Assembly (NCBI RefSeq): GCF_964194025.1
Contig: NC_134468.1
Coordinates: 49,414,001-49,478,000, forward strand
Direction: 5' to 3'
Length of the DNA: 64,000 nt
Source: Convolutriloba macropyga
Lineage: Eukaryota
Position numbers and translations under genes: made by a program. This document shows positions 1 to 12,377 of this stretch, one piece after another (position 1 is the stretch's first letter; every line of letters begins with the position of its first letter). Under the pieces are notes generated by a model, which saw only the letters and a list, made by a program, of their open reading frames with translations, ran no database searches and was not told where the DNA came from.

Positions 1-1284
1 GAGGAACACCTATCAAAATACAACCTCCTATCCAAAACACAGTTTGGATTCAGGAAAAAATTTTCAACAATTGATGCTCTTGTATATCTGACAGAAACTG
101 TAAGACAGAAACTTGATGAAAAAAAAGTGGTCACTGCGGCGTTTTTAGATTTGTCAAAAGCTTTTGATTCAATCGACCACTCAGTTTTACTAGAAAAACT
201 TAAACACCTTGGTTTCTCTTCTTCGGCTATCCTTTTCATTAAGAGTTACCTCACTAACCGACATCAAAGAGTAGTGATACCAGAAGCTGAATCTGACTGG
301 CTGGAGGTTAGGCAAGGAGTTCCACAAGGCACAGTTTTAGGACCACTCCTATTCAACCTATATGTAAATGATCTACCAAATTTCATCAACTGCAGTTTAA
401 TCCAATACGCTGATGATGCAGTTGTTTATACTTTCGGCAAAAAAATTACTGATTGCAAGCTGCATTTAGAGAAATCAATTTCTTCGCTTGTTGACTATTT
501 TTCATACCATTCTTTAAAACTGAATTCAGAAAAAACTGAGTTCATTGTCTTTGGCACTTCTTCCGCAGCAGAGTCTATTAAAGTTGACAACCATATAATA
601 AAAGAAGTTGAGAATGTGAAATATCTCCGAGTAATTTTGGACAAAAAATTGATGTACCAACAACAAGTTAAACAAATACTCAGCAAGATGGCGCAAGGAA
701 TAAAAACACTTTACGTCCTGAGAAACGTAGTACCATACCATTTGCGCAAAATCCTACTGAATTCTCTTGTTATTAGTCATCTCCAGTACTCAGCTGTTTT
801 GCTTTCGTCAATTTCAAAAAATCTTCTGACAACCTTAGAAAAGCAACTCAATTGGGCAGTTAAAGCTTGTTATGTTCAACGATTTAACAGTTCATCACTT
901 AGTATCAAACTAGATAACTATATACTGCCAATTAAACAACTACTTGAATACAGAACAGCAATGTATGTCAATCAACTCTTGACATTTAAGAAGCCTGCCT
1001 TCCGAAGAATAACAGGACTTAGCTTGCCAACCTATAAGTTCTACAGACATTCAAGGACGAAAACTATTTTTCTTGAAGAGAGGTCAAAAACATCATGGTT
1101 GGACAAAAGTATTATCCGAAAAGGCTTATCAATTAATAATTGTCTTGAAAAATACTTAAAAGGGAATGAATCAAACAGGCGGGTTAAAAAAGTCTTCAAG
1201 AACTACTTTTTCCAACAATTTCAGAAGGACCCAATGGGAAACATTGTCGGCAATGTTTCTTGGAAAGCTTTTAAATTTAAATAA
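1..1284 (+). mobile_element. Non-LTR retrotransposon (LINE, CR1/L2/Jockey-type) reverse transcriptase ORF, 3' part; runs off the left edge of the window
   Basis: Frame 1 is open from base 1 (QFGFRKKFSTIDAL...FLDLSKAFDSIDH, GVPQGTVLGPLLFNLYVNDL, YADD, LKLNSEKTEFI, VKYLRVILD), which are the canonical LINE RT motifs. Stop at 1282-1284. Confidence 0.93.
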
Positions 1285-2424
1285 CGCTTCATTTTTGAGT
1301 TTGTATAATTTGTTTCTTCTACCTGGAGAAGAAAATCTTTTACCTGTTATTTATTACTTATGTTATATCTTTACGCTGCCATTTGTGTTATGTTTAGGCT
1401 CCTTGACCTATTTATACTCATTTGGAAATTCAGTGTTTTTTTTTTTTATGGGTTTTATTTTGCGTCGTGCTATTTATCTGTTGGTGTTGTTTTGTTTCTA
1501 GGTGTCACAATTCTTTAATTTTGGTTTTCTTATTAGTGATAGCGTGTTCGAAGTCTTCTCGTAATCGTTTATCGGTTCTTTATATATCGTTTATTGTTAA
1601 CTTAACCGCTTTACAATTTTTTTCTTTTATGTGTTAATTTTGTGATGATCTTAGTTTTATTACTGTAAGCTTATTTCTAAAATGGTCAGAATCTTTTAAA
1701 ACTTGTTAACCGTGCTGGTGATTATTTTGTTTTCTTGATTCTTTGAACAAGTTGTTGAAATTAAAGAAATCGTTTTCTCTCATGGGTACCTTTGAAATAT
1801 AGTGCTACGGCATTTTCTTGGATTTGCTATAGATTTCTTGAGTTCAATCATGTTATTGCCAGTATATCCTGGTTCTGCAATGAAATTGTTAGTTTGATTT
1901 TTTGTTTCCTAACGTTCGGCTGTGTCAAACGAAAAAAAAACTTTCAATCGAATTGGAAGCAATGGCTCATAACAAACGGTTTTTGCGGTTTTCATGGTTT
2001 TTCACCGATCATAAGTAAACTTTCGAAAACATGCTGATTATAAAAATATGAAAAACCAAAACGAGGCATGGCCAAGTGTTTATTTTACTAATTTAATATT
2101 CCTATTTATATAGATTAAAATCGTGATGAAACGATAGAGGGGTGAATAAATCGGGCTGTAATAGGAAATGGTTAAATAAATAGGGGTGAAAAAGCGGGAC
2201 ACCGTTCATACCTATTGGTCGTTTGTTTCAAGCTGTCATTGGAAAGTTTTCAGCTCAAGAGTTTTAAACTGAAATTGTTAATGGACTTGGTCGGAAATTG
2301 GTTTACGCGTGCACAATAGCGAGTTTTTCATTTGTTGATGGTATTTAGGTCAGAAACGAATACATAGTAAATATAAATTTATAATATTTACAGTCATTTT
2401 ATTTTAATCTACGATTATCTATCT

Positions 2425-2755
2425 ATGTTTTAATCTAGAATGTACATAAAGTTATCTAGTATAAAGCCACGTGACTCTCACTGTTAGAGGGAGGTTATGT
2501 CAGTTTGCTAATATAATATGTATTTCTCCATTAAGTACCGAATCCACCTCCGGTTGTAGCTTGTTCCATAAGAAGTCGCATGAGGTCTTCGTCCATTGGA
2601 GAGGCTCTTTACCGTTCGTACTGTTGTGGTTTCGGATGACTTGTCAATGAAACTTCCGGCGATTGAATATATTTATCTCTAGCTTTTTTTGAAACTTCTA
2701 GATTTAAGACTTCAAGAATGGTTAGCTGTTCGCTAACTGACAACTACAATTAATG
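2425..2755 (+). mobile_element. LTR-like remnant, copy 1: purine tract followed by a ~245-bp TG...CA unit (2498-2742)
   Basis: GAGGGAGG directly precedes TGTCAGTT (2498), and the unit ends in the inverted AACTGACA (2735-2742). A diverged second copy lies at ~4340-4680. No TSD is visible. Confidence 0.45.
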
Positions 2756-2759
2756 TTGG

Positions 2760-3510
2760 TCGATTTCAAGTTAGGAGCAGGATAAGAGTTACACCTGTTT
2801 GTTAAACAATTTGGATAGTGTTTGATAAAAAGAATTTGAATTATGGCTGTTAAGTTGGTCAAATGAGTAAATCAAAGTTGAGCAATTTTATGAATGAAGC
2901 TTCCTGGACCTTAAATGGTAGTAACCGTTATGTAGTTTTGTGTTCCAAGGCTTTCAACATAGAAGGTATGTTTGCCCAGTAGTAAGATAATAATGTTGTG
3001 TCAACACATGATAATAGTAGGTGGACAACAAAGCATGTGATCTGCAGTTTACGGTGTGCTGCTTGCTTTTCATTAAAAATGACTAAACTGCTTTAATAAT
3101 AGGATTAGTCAAATTACTAGTTAATGATGAATAGTGCCATATTTGCCACCAAAGTTGCGAACAATATTTCAACCGGAGGGACATGATTCTTGAACGAGCG
3201 CCTACTTTTTGTCAATAAACAAGCTTGAAAAATCCAAAACACTAAGAGCATGCGCTCGGCGTATAGCTGGAGTTGGAGGTATGTCAAAACTGCAATCCTG
3301 GCTATAGATGTTTTCATCCAAAACCTAATCACAGACCGACCCATCCTTTTGCAAGAAAAATTGTTTTCTTTCTGGTTAGGTTTCATAAGTCGGCTTTCTT
3401 GAGTACACGAAACGCAATCTCAGCACAATTTATCTACTTGAGTCGGTTACTCCTTATGCAAATAAACTTTATTTCCAATTGTTCTAACCCAAATAGCGGT
3501 CGAGGAACTT
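2760..3510 (-). pseudogene. Degraded rhodopsin-like GPCR pseudogene (tentative)
   Basis: Minus-strand fragments occur in receptor order across frameshifts and stops: PLFGL..IKFICIRSNRLK..AFRVLKKADL (TM1-TM2-like), YAERMLLVFWIFQACLLTKSRRSFK..VEILFATLVANMALFII (TM3-ICL2-TM4-like), AAHRKLQITCFVVHLLLSC (TM6-like). Confidence 0.4.
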
Positions 3511-4043
3511 AATGGCAGCGGTTTTTTCCTACGCTATATTTTTATAGTTATATATAATTTTTTGACGATTTTTCTGTCGAGTGTTAAAAGGTTTGGACGT
3601 CGGTACTGGCTTTGCAAGATACTGCTTCCACTAGGCGGAAGATAGACATTTAAATTTAATGAAAAATAAGAAAATAATTATGCCAAGAATTTATTTGTTT
3701 TCAATTTATTTTTATTTTTGACTTAAGAGTACAGAAAACACTTTTAATTCAACCAATCAATGGTATTGCAATTTAGAGGTTTCCCTGCGAGAAACATAAT
3801 ACTTGATTATAAATTCAAATAAACAAAATATGGAAATGTTTAGCCAAAGATCGTCATTACTCTCTTGATCTCGAAGCCTAATTAGAATTGCTGACCATAA
3901 AAGAACAATTTAAAAAAACAACTGTCCAACAGTGGCGGAATTTTATTGATTTCACTAGGAGAACTAAATGACATGAATTTTTAAAACATGTATTGTATGT
4001 ATCTTTGACATTTTTTCTCAAAAAAGATTTAGTGCGTCAAAAC

Positions 4044-4350
4044 TTTTTAATTGCGCTCGAAGGAAGTTTGAAGCAATTATTGTGAACGTCTGTCTTTTTT
4101 ACGCAACATTTTTGTTTGACCGATTTGACTTGTTGAGTGAGTTTTGCGACCTGAACTTTTTTCGTTTTGCTTGATTTAAATTTCTCTCTAATTCGCAATT
4201 TTAAGCCGCTGAACTCCAAGTGGCTGCAGTTCACCACAAAGTCAAATGAGAAGGACGCCAAAATTTTTCGAGTTTTCCACTTTAATTTGATTATCGTTGA
4301 TAGTGGTATAACCTCTAATGACGTCGTTTGAAGCCCCTCTGTTTTAGTCT
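4044..4350 (+). mobile_element. Helentron/DINE-1-like non-autonomous element, 5' part
   Basis: TTTTT-AATTGCGCTCGAA (4049-4061) with the partial inverted repeat AGCAATT (4072-4078). The interior 4255-4350 resembles 4738-4835. Confidence 0.55.
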
Positions 4351-4680
4351 AGAGTTTAAATAAAGTTATCTAGTATAAAGCCACGTGACTCACTGATTGA
4401 GGGAGGTTATGTCAGTTTGGCAATTAAATATTATAATGCATTTCTCTATTAAGTACCGAGTCCTCCTCTAATTGTAGCCTCTTCCATAAGAACTTGCATG
4501 AAGTCTTCATCCACTGGAACGTCCCTCTCTACCGCTCATACTGTTGTGGTTTTGGATGACATTTCAATAACACTTCTGGCGATTGAATATATCTCTACCT
4601 TTTTGAACTTCTAGATTTAAAATTTTGAGACTTCAAGATTGGTAGCTGTTCTTTAACTGACAAATAAGATTTAATATTAA
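4340..4680 (+). mobile_element. LTR-like remnant, copy 2 (TG...CA unit 4410-4662)
   Basis: Aligns with 2425-2755. GAGGGAGG tract, then TGTCAGTT at 4410 and AACTGACA at 4655-4662. Confidence 0.45.
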
Positions 4681-4701
4681 GAAGATAAAGTTTGCCAAAT
4701 C

Positions 4702-4920
4702 TTTTTAATTGCTCTCGAAGGAAGTTTGAAGCGATTACGCCAAGATTGATGTCATTTTCTCACTTTAATTTGATTATTGGTTATAGTGATATAACCTCTA
4801 ATGACTCACTTGAAGCCCCCTTAGTGATTTTAGTCCCCCGACTGATAGCAGGGTGCAATAGGTTAGAGCTCCCACTAGTCGTTCAAGAGCAGTTTCTCCG
4901 ACGTTAGTCGGTTTTGTTTT
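4702..4920 (+). mobile_element. Helentron/DINE-1-like non-autonomous element
   Basis: 5' T-run + subTIR AATTGCTCTCGAA (4707-4719); 3' subTIR TTCAAGAGCAGTT (4882-4894); hairpin CCGAC-GTTA-GTCGG (4898-4911); T-rich end. Confidence 0.65.
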
Positions 4921-5749
4921 AAGATTTAAATTCTGGTTTGAGCACTAACTTTTCCACCATCATTGTATAAACCGTCAAAGTCGGTATCAAAGTGTTCTAT
5001 TTTATTGTTCTCATTCGGCTCCTTACAAGCTAATTGAATCAATCTAATTTCTCAAAAAACAAAATGAGCTACTTTAATTGTGTCATAGCTCTACAGAAAG
5101 ATTTTAAACATTGTATCGAAGATGTCTGAAAATTAAAACTGTTCGAAAGAATGGTTTTTTAATTGTTTTTCACAATTTTGAACTCTTGACCTCTTGAATC
5201 CATGGAGAACCATTATTTTTGGGGGTATGATTTTTCAGTTGTCACTGCAAGGGCAAGTAACAGCCAATTGTTGAAAAAGTGTAAAATCTATTACTTTTTT
5301 CGAGTCTGCTTCATCATCTATTGCTTCTACAACTAAATTTTCTGGGGGTAAAGAGCTCTTAATCAATATCTTGATACTTAGTTTGTGAGTGTGACATGCC
5401 TTCTTTCCTTTCGTACAGATTTGCAAATTCCAGGAAGTTTTTTGGCTATTAAAATTTCTGATTTTAAAGTTAGAGCATTGTTACTTATCGTACTTTCTTT
5501 AGCGAGCTTCATTTCAAATTTGTATTTTACAATTTATTGATTTTATGAGAACGGTCGGAGTATTATGTACAATCGCACATTGCGGAGCTTCTTGTCTTAC
5601 GAACAATTGATTGTTCCAATGCAGGAACAAACATGCGAGGCTGCCTTTTTTTGTCAGTCGAGTTCTCACTTTTTTGTTTACGCATCGTGGAGAAAAGGGA
5701 AAACACCATTTTGTAGCCCTCAGGATCTTGGTTTCTTTTTTCTATATAA

Positions 5750-7364
5750 CCAAGTGTAGACTGATTGAGGCAATTGTATTGTTGGCTCTGAGCTTTGAAT
5801 TGAAACTTTTCAAAGTTTTTCGAAGAATTTTGTTATTTTTGGTGTCTCATGAGCATAATAGGCCAATTGTCTAATACACCCACACAAGCTCACGCAAACA
5901 CATTTACAAAAATAAAAGTAAATACCCATGGTTCGCATCGTTCATTTATGTCTTCTTTCTTATGTCTCTTGTTTTCTTTGGTAGACTAGGCGTGGACTTT
6001 TTGGGGCAATTGTGACAGTAAATGTAAAACTGACACTTGAATTAAAAATGAACTTTCCAAAAATTTTCATTTTTAATGTTTCATGAGCATGATGGGTCAA
6101 TTCGTTTTTCTCAAAATTGCGCGGATGTGTTACCAAATTACCGTTGTTACCGACTTTATGAACAAATTTTGGTTATTGACATATCTGAAACCACAATTTG
6201 TTGTAAATTTTAAGTAAATTTTCCACTTTAAGATTTCTGACAGTTTTTGAACTCTGCCTCTACTTGTGTCTAACATTTAAAGGAACTGATACTCTCGGAC
6301 TAATTCTCTCGTTTTCTCTTTTACAAACACATAAAAAACATATGAAAAACATACGCAGTCACATACATACACCCACGCAAGCGCAAGCAGACAAACTTAA
6401 ACAGAAACACACAAATAAAACACCGACATAATCTTGGCCCTTTTCATTCATCGGAGTATTTTTGGAGAAAGTAAATCTTAATATTTTTTGTGAGCTAAAA
6501 AAACTTCTTGTCACATTCTAAAAAGTTGAATGTAATACAATTCGAAAGATACAGGCACAGACAAATCATAGAGACACACAGAGAAAATCACACAGTCCTC
6601 TTCATTTTTTTTTCTAAATAATCAGTTGTGGACTGATTGAGGCAATTGTGTCGGTATTTTTTTGCGAGCAAAAGTTTTGAAATGAAACTTTTCGAAGTTT
6701 TTCGAAGACTTTCATCATTTTTGATGACTCATTAGCGTAACGAAAATATTAATTTGTTTTAAGCTCGCAAATAGGGTACCAGTGAGATGTTAAAAGCTGA
6801 ATTTTGTTTTGGGACAAATTTGAAGTCAAAATTGTAACAAATATTTAATTATTTTGATTTCTGACATTTTTCTGCCTATTTGTGTCTCGGCCCCTTTTCA
6901 TTCATCGGAGTATTTTTGGAGAAAGTAAATTTTAATATTTTTTGTGAGCTAAAAAAACTTCGTCACATTCTAAAAAGTTGAATGTAATACAATTCGAAAG
7001 ATACAGGCACAGACAAATCATAGAGACACACAGAGAAAATCACACAGTCCTCTTCGTTTTTTTTTCTAAATAATCAGTTGTGGACTGGTTGAGGCAATTG
7101 TGTCGGTAATTTTTTTTCTGGCAAAAGTTTTGAAATGAAATTTTTCGAAGTTTTTCAAAGACTTTCATCATTTTTGATGACTCATTTTGGTAACGAAATT
7201 ATTAATTTGTTTTAAACTCGCAAATAGGGTACCAGTGAGATGTTAAAAGCTGAATTTTGTTTTAGGACAAATTTGAATTCAAAATTGTAACAAATATTTA
7301 ACTATTTTGATTTCTGCCTATTTTTCTGCCTATTTTAAGAAAAAGCAAATATCTCAGACTAAAG

Positions 7365-7399
<35 letters not shown>

Positions 7400-8060
7400 A
7401 CTCACACATATCACACACACGCACTCACATGCATACACCCGCACAAATGCATGCTCACACGAATAAAATCACGACACACAAATTTTTAAATTCTCTTTTT
7501 GGCAACGAATGTTTACCCATGGTTCCAGTCGTTCAATGTCTTGATTGTTCTAACTGGAAAACTAGGCGAGGACTTCTTGAGGCAATTGTATCGGTGGTTG
7601 CAAAATAACACTTAAAATTGTTATAAATTTCTTTGAATTTTTCAAACACATTTGTGTTTCAGCATAATGAGATTTAGTAAACACAGTATTGACATTTAAC
7701 ATATCTGAAACCACAATTTATAACAAATATTAAATATTTTTTTTTACAATTTTAAGATTTTTGACAGCTTTTGAATTGCCTACTTGTCTAACATTTAAAG
7801 GAACTAATACTCGGACTAATTCTCTCGTTTTACAATTCTCTCGTTTACAAACAACACACACATGAAACACATACGCAATCAAAAAACCACATCAACACAA
7901 GCGGAGGTGTACACACGCATGAACACAAACACACATATAACAACGTCACAATCTTCGGGCTTTTCACTCCTTGGGAGCTTCTTCTTGAAGTTCCTTTTTA
8001 ACGAAAAAGCAATTTTTATTATTTGTGAACTGAAAAGGATTTTTTTACTACATTTTTTTT
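5750..8060. repeat. Modular dispersed repeat family B (module with GAGGCAATTGTRTCGG and CA-rich tracts); opposite orientation to 8570-10370
   Basis: The module motif recurs at ~5767, 6003, 6638, 7090 and 7578. Its reverse complement (CCGATACAATTGCCTC) occurs at ~9558, ~17750 and ~18373. Confidence 0.75.
6436..7336 (+). repeat. Recent tandem duplication, ~453-bp unit x2
   Basis: Near-identical copies begin GGCCC(C)TTTTCATTCATCGGAG at 6436 and 6889. Confidence 0.92.
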
Positions 8061-8569
8061 GTATCTCAAATTTCTACCGGATCTGTCACCCCAGCCCCAG
8101 CGATGTTTTCTTTTCGTTTTCGATTTTTCCTTCAAAATCTCGCCCTCTTTCAAACTTATCCCAAGTTTCAAGATTTTAACTACTTGACGGAAAAAATAGG
8201 TTTTGTTTTTTCTCGGAGTTTTGTTTAGACTTTTTTCTGTCCGTTTTCTGCTGATTAAAAACTATTGTGAAAACCAATATTTCTCTGTATCAATCAGATA
8301 TTTTTGAAAGTAGAATGGCATTTTTGAGCTCTCAAAATAGCCAAATATATCAAATTTGAAAATGTAAAACTGAAAGCAGAAAAACGCATTCATTTCTAAT
8401 TTACAGTGTTGTTTTTGCAAACAATTCCTCTTATTTTTATCAGAACTGCCCGTCGCATTGTTTTCAAAACCGCGGAGACGTTAAAAACGGTTTTATGGAA
8501 TGAACATGAAATCAACCGATTTCTTTATTGAAATATAAAGATGGAAATCTTATAACTTTTTAATCTATG

Positions 8570-10370
8570 TTTTTCATGTCAGAGGCGATCGTTCGAACTA
8601 AACTCCTCTAGTATAGTGCAATACAGAAGATTATCAGTTTTATAATAGCCAGGTTGAAAACTTGTTACAAAGGTTTTTTATAATGAAATTTACAAGAAAG
8701 TTATTTTTCATTTCTGTATTTTGAAATTGCTCTTCCGATTGATCTTTTCCTGACTAAAGGCTTTTCTGTAAATTGAAGAACTAAACAGTTTTGATTGTGA
8801 AATGGTAAAAGAAGAAGTGTGATTTTGAAAGATTAAAATTATTTTCAGCCCAAAAATTTTGAAAATTTCCTTCTTCAAGAATATACCGAGTGAAATAGCG
8901 GAAACGGCAAGTTTGCTGCTAACGAATTTTCGTCATTAATGCTAGCAGCTGACTTTATGGACGGCCTTTAACGTTCCCTTACATGTTCCTTTACTTGTTT
9001 AAATACTGGTAGAATTATAAAAGTTACCTAATTTTCGCTACAAATTGAGGTTTTAAGTATGCGCGAAGCCGAAATTGCGTTGATTAAATCTGGTTGATAT
9101 TAAAAGAGCTCTGTGGGATTTTGAATAGAAAGCTATTTGGCACATTATGCTCATCAAACCTCAAAATTCATGAAATTTTGGGAAAAAATATTCAAGTAAG
9201 TTCATTTCAATTTAACGTAGTGTCAGTTTTAACAATTACTGATACAACCTCCCCAAGAAGTCTTCGCCTAGTATGCCAGATGAAACGAACAAGACACTAA
9301 TGAACGTTGGAGCCATGGGTAAAGACCGGTTGCCAAAAGGAGAATTTAAAATTTTTTGTGTCGTGTTTTTTTTGTGTCTGTGTGCATGCGGTTTTGGGTC
9401 TAACTATGTGACTGCGTATGTTTTGTGTGTGCGCGTGTTTGTGTGTGAGTGTGTTTTGTGTTTGTAAATAAGAGAAAAGAGAGAATTAGTCCAAGAGTAT
9501 TTTTTTAGAATAAATTCAAAAATTTAATTTAAATTTTAGTGTCAATTTCAAAACTACCGATACAATTGCCTCAAGAAGTCAATCCTAGTGTCAACTAGTT
9601 CTCCAGTTAAAACAAGCAGGATTTTAGAACGATGCGAACCACGAGTAAAGATGATTACTTTGTTTGTGTGTGCATGCGGTTGTGTTGGTGTTGGTATGTG
9701 AGTGCGTTTGTGTGGTATGTGTTTTTAAGAGTTAGTCAGATAGTTGGTTCCTTTAATTAGAGACAAATGGACAGAGTGCAAAAACCGTCAGAAATGAAAA
9801 AAAGCTTAAAGTTAATTGTTACAAATTTTGTCCAAATACAAGATTCAGCTTCTAACATCTCGCTGGTAACCTATCTGTAAGAATTTTTTTAAAAAATTAA
9901 ATAAATTTTAAGTTCATGAGACGCCACAAATGAAAAAATTCGAAAAACTCTAAAAAGTTTTAGTTCAAAGTGTACTGCCAGAATTACAATTACTGATACA
10001 ATTGACGAACAGGACCTAATTGAAAGTGACGAACCTTGCGTAAAGTTAGGGTACCAAGAAAAAAAATTTTTTGAAATTTTTTTTAGGTTTGGGGTTTGAA
10101 TTGTGATTTTCTGTGTTTGTATGGTTTGTCTGTGTCTGTTTCTTTCAAATTGAACTACACTTACCTTAGTACAATGTGATGTGCAGTTTTTTTTTTGTTT
10201 GCCGAAAGAAGACGGCATGTTTTTGGTTAAAACAGTACACTTATTTTTCTCCAATGTATATTAGTTGTTTTTCCATACTCCCAAAGGTTTCTCTGGCAGG
10301 AATTTATGGTTGTTTTATAATCTTGCAATCTTGAGGGTTATGTTGGTATATACTTTGCTGCGCACAGACT
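8570..10370. repeat. Dispersed repeat family B copy (unique segment + modular part)
   Basis: 8570-8810 aligns with 17215-17460, and 10200-10360 aligns with 18845-19000. An inverted copy lies at ~44990-46970. Confidence 0.7.
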
Positions 10371-10886
10371 CGCAGGGCCATCTTGTTAATTAAACAATTT
10401 GCTGGTTGTCTACGTCAATGCTTGCAAATGTCTTGCAACTGGAATTATTTTTCGAGTTTATATTTCCGCTTGCTCATTAGAATAATTTGATTTTTTTATT
10501 ATGGCTGCCGAAGGTAGATATATTGGGGTGATCTTGATTTTTTACAACTAGAGATGGAGTATTGGTACTCTATAAGTTATTACCAGAAATTATAGTCATT
10601 GAGATTTATGCAAATAGACATTAAGCACGCAATTAGTTGGGAGTAGAAATAACTGATTTCAATTTAAGAAATTCTAAAAATGTTCAGTTACCTTTTCGGA
10701 AGAATTGACGGTCACCGAAAGTGTGTACGTGAAACAATAAGAGAATCCTACCAAGTGAGAGTGTGCTTGGTATTTTCAGAAAAATATGTGCCCAACGGTT
10801 GTCAAATTAGAAGCTGCTGGTTATATTCAAGGTCGAAGGGCATGTTGAAGTTTTCTCAGTCTTTTCTCTGTATTCAAACCACTGAA

Positions 10887-11450
10887 TCCCCCTCCCCCAC
10901 CTGCCTAAATACACATTACCACCCCCATTAACTACCTACCGGACCCCCGCTACCTACTAGGCCCAGAATTATTGCCTACCCCCCCCCCCCCCCCCCAGCA
11001 AGCTACCTACCGCCGCACTCCCCCAAACATAACTACCCGTCGCGCAAGACCATGCCCCCTGCCAAACCACACCTACCCCCACCGTTCAACTAAGAATTTG
11101 TCTATTTTAAATAAACGCTTTCTATAGTTTTATTAGGCTCAGTAAGGTGATATTGCATGATTATTAGGTAATAATAGTTGAGCGATTATCTAATATAGGG
11201 TGATAGGAACTGCTTGTTCTTCCCATAGCACTCCCTCCACCCCATTTGAATCAGACAGCCCCCACTTAACTGCCCACCCTACCCACCTGCCACGCCCACC
11301 CAAATAAAGACACCGGTTCCCAACCACAGACACCCCCACCCCCCTTCCCCTCTAAACCTACGTACTCCGTGCCCCCACAAAAGTTTCTACCTCCTCAATG
11401 CCCCCACACCACTTCCCACAAACCAACAGCCTACTCCGCACGTACCCAGG
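10887..11450 (-). other. C-rich tract (G-rich on the minus strand, G-quadruplex potential) including a C18 run at 10979-10996
   Basis: Dense C3-C5 runs and ACCTACC-like motifs in an otherwise AT-rich background. Confidence 0.6.
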
Positions 11451-11810
11451 CCTTCAAACAGACATTTCTAATTTTATTGGTTATTGCTTTTTTCCTTGGT
11501 ATTTCTGATTTAGATGAGTCTTTTCTACGGGCTTTATTTCTTAGTCGCAAGTTTGTTCCTGACTTTGTTGGTTTCAAACCTTCACTTACATTTTAGAACG
11601 ATGTTTTCTGTTTCTGAACTTTGAACTTCAAGCAGTGGCTTATTTCCTAATATATAGTAACTAGGAACTGGGGGGTTTTCTTCATTACATTCACTCCCTC
11701 TATCAAAATTGCAACATCCACCAACGCACGTTATTTGAACATGGAAATTCAGCTTCAATATCTTTTTCTGCTACTTAATCTGTAAATTAGAGATATATGA
11801 GAGTTGCTCG

Positions 11811-12120
11811 TTTTTAATTGCTCTCTGTAAACGTGTCTTTTTATGTAAAATTTTTGTATGACAGTTTTTTCGAGAACATTCTTTTGATTTCACTTCTCTT
11901 GACTTTTTGATTTAAAAAATCGATTGTGAGAGTAGGCCGTTCATAGGCCGTGTAGTTTAGTGGTTACTGTTGATGATTCCCATCTGGGAGAGCGCGGGTT
12001 CGAACTCGTACGTACCTATTCAGAAAATTTTGCATCAAAAGTTTCTTTAGCTTATGCCCCCTTCTAAATTGATTGCCTAGCCAGTCATTCGAGAGCAATT
12101 TTTTTGACGTCAGTCGTTTT
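11811..12120 (+). mobile_element. Helentron/DINE-1-like element carrying a tRNA-like sequence
   Basis: AATTGCTCTC (11816-11825) ... TTCGAGAGCAATT (12088-12100), degenerate hairpin (T)GAC-GTCA-GTC(G) at 12105-12116, T-rich ends. Confidence 0.65.
11946..12017 (+). pseudogene. tRNA-derived pseudogene or SINE head
   Basis: A-box TAGTTTAGTGG (11953) and B-box GGTTCGAAC (11997) at tRNA spacing. The T-arm is partly paired; the acceptor and anticodon stems are degenerate. Confidence 0.55.
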
Positions 12121-12377
12121 ATGTTTAATGATTGCCCAACATTGGCATCATAATTAAGGTGAACCAAAGATGAAGTTTATCGCTCCAACTCTGACTTTTT
12201 CCTCAAAGTCTTAGACTGTTTTGATCACCAATGCAACTATCTACTCGATTTTTTCCGCGGAGACCTTTTTTGCCATATTGTTCAAAAGAGCTTTGGGTTT
12301 TACCATGATTCCTTTAAGCTTGCATATAAGTCTGCGGCATTTTACAACTTATGTAAGGTTGATTTTCCAGATTTAAA

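Noticed and set aside
12353-12370. GTAAGG...CAG micro-intron upstream of TSEN34
   Set aside because: It is only 18 nt, too short to accept without transcript evidence.
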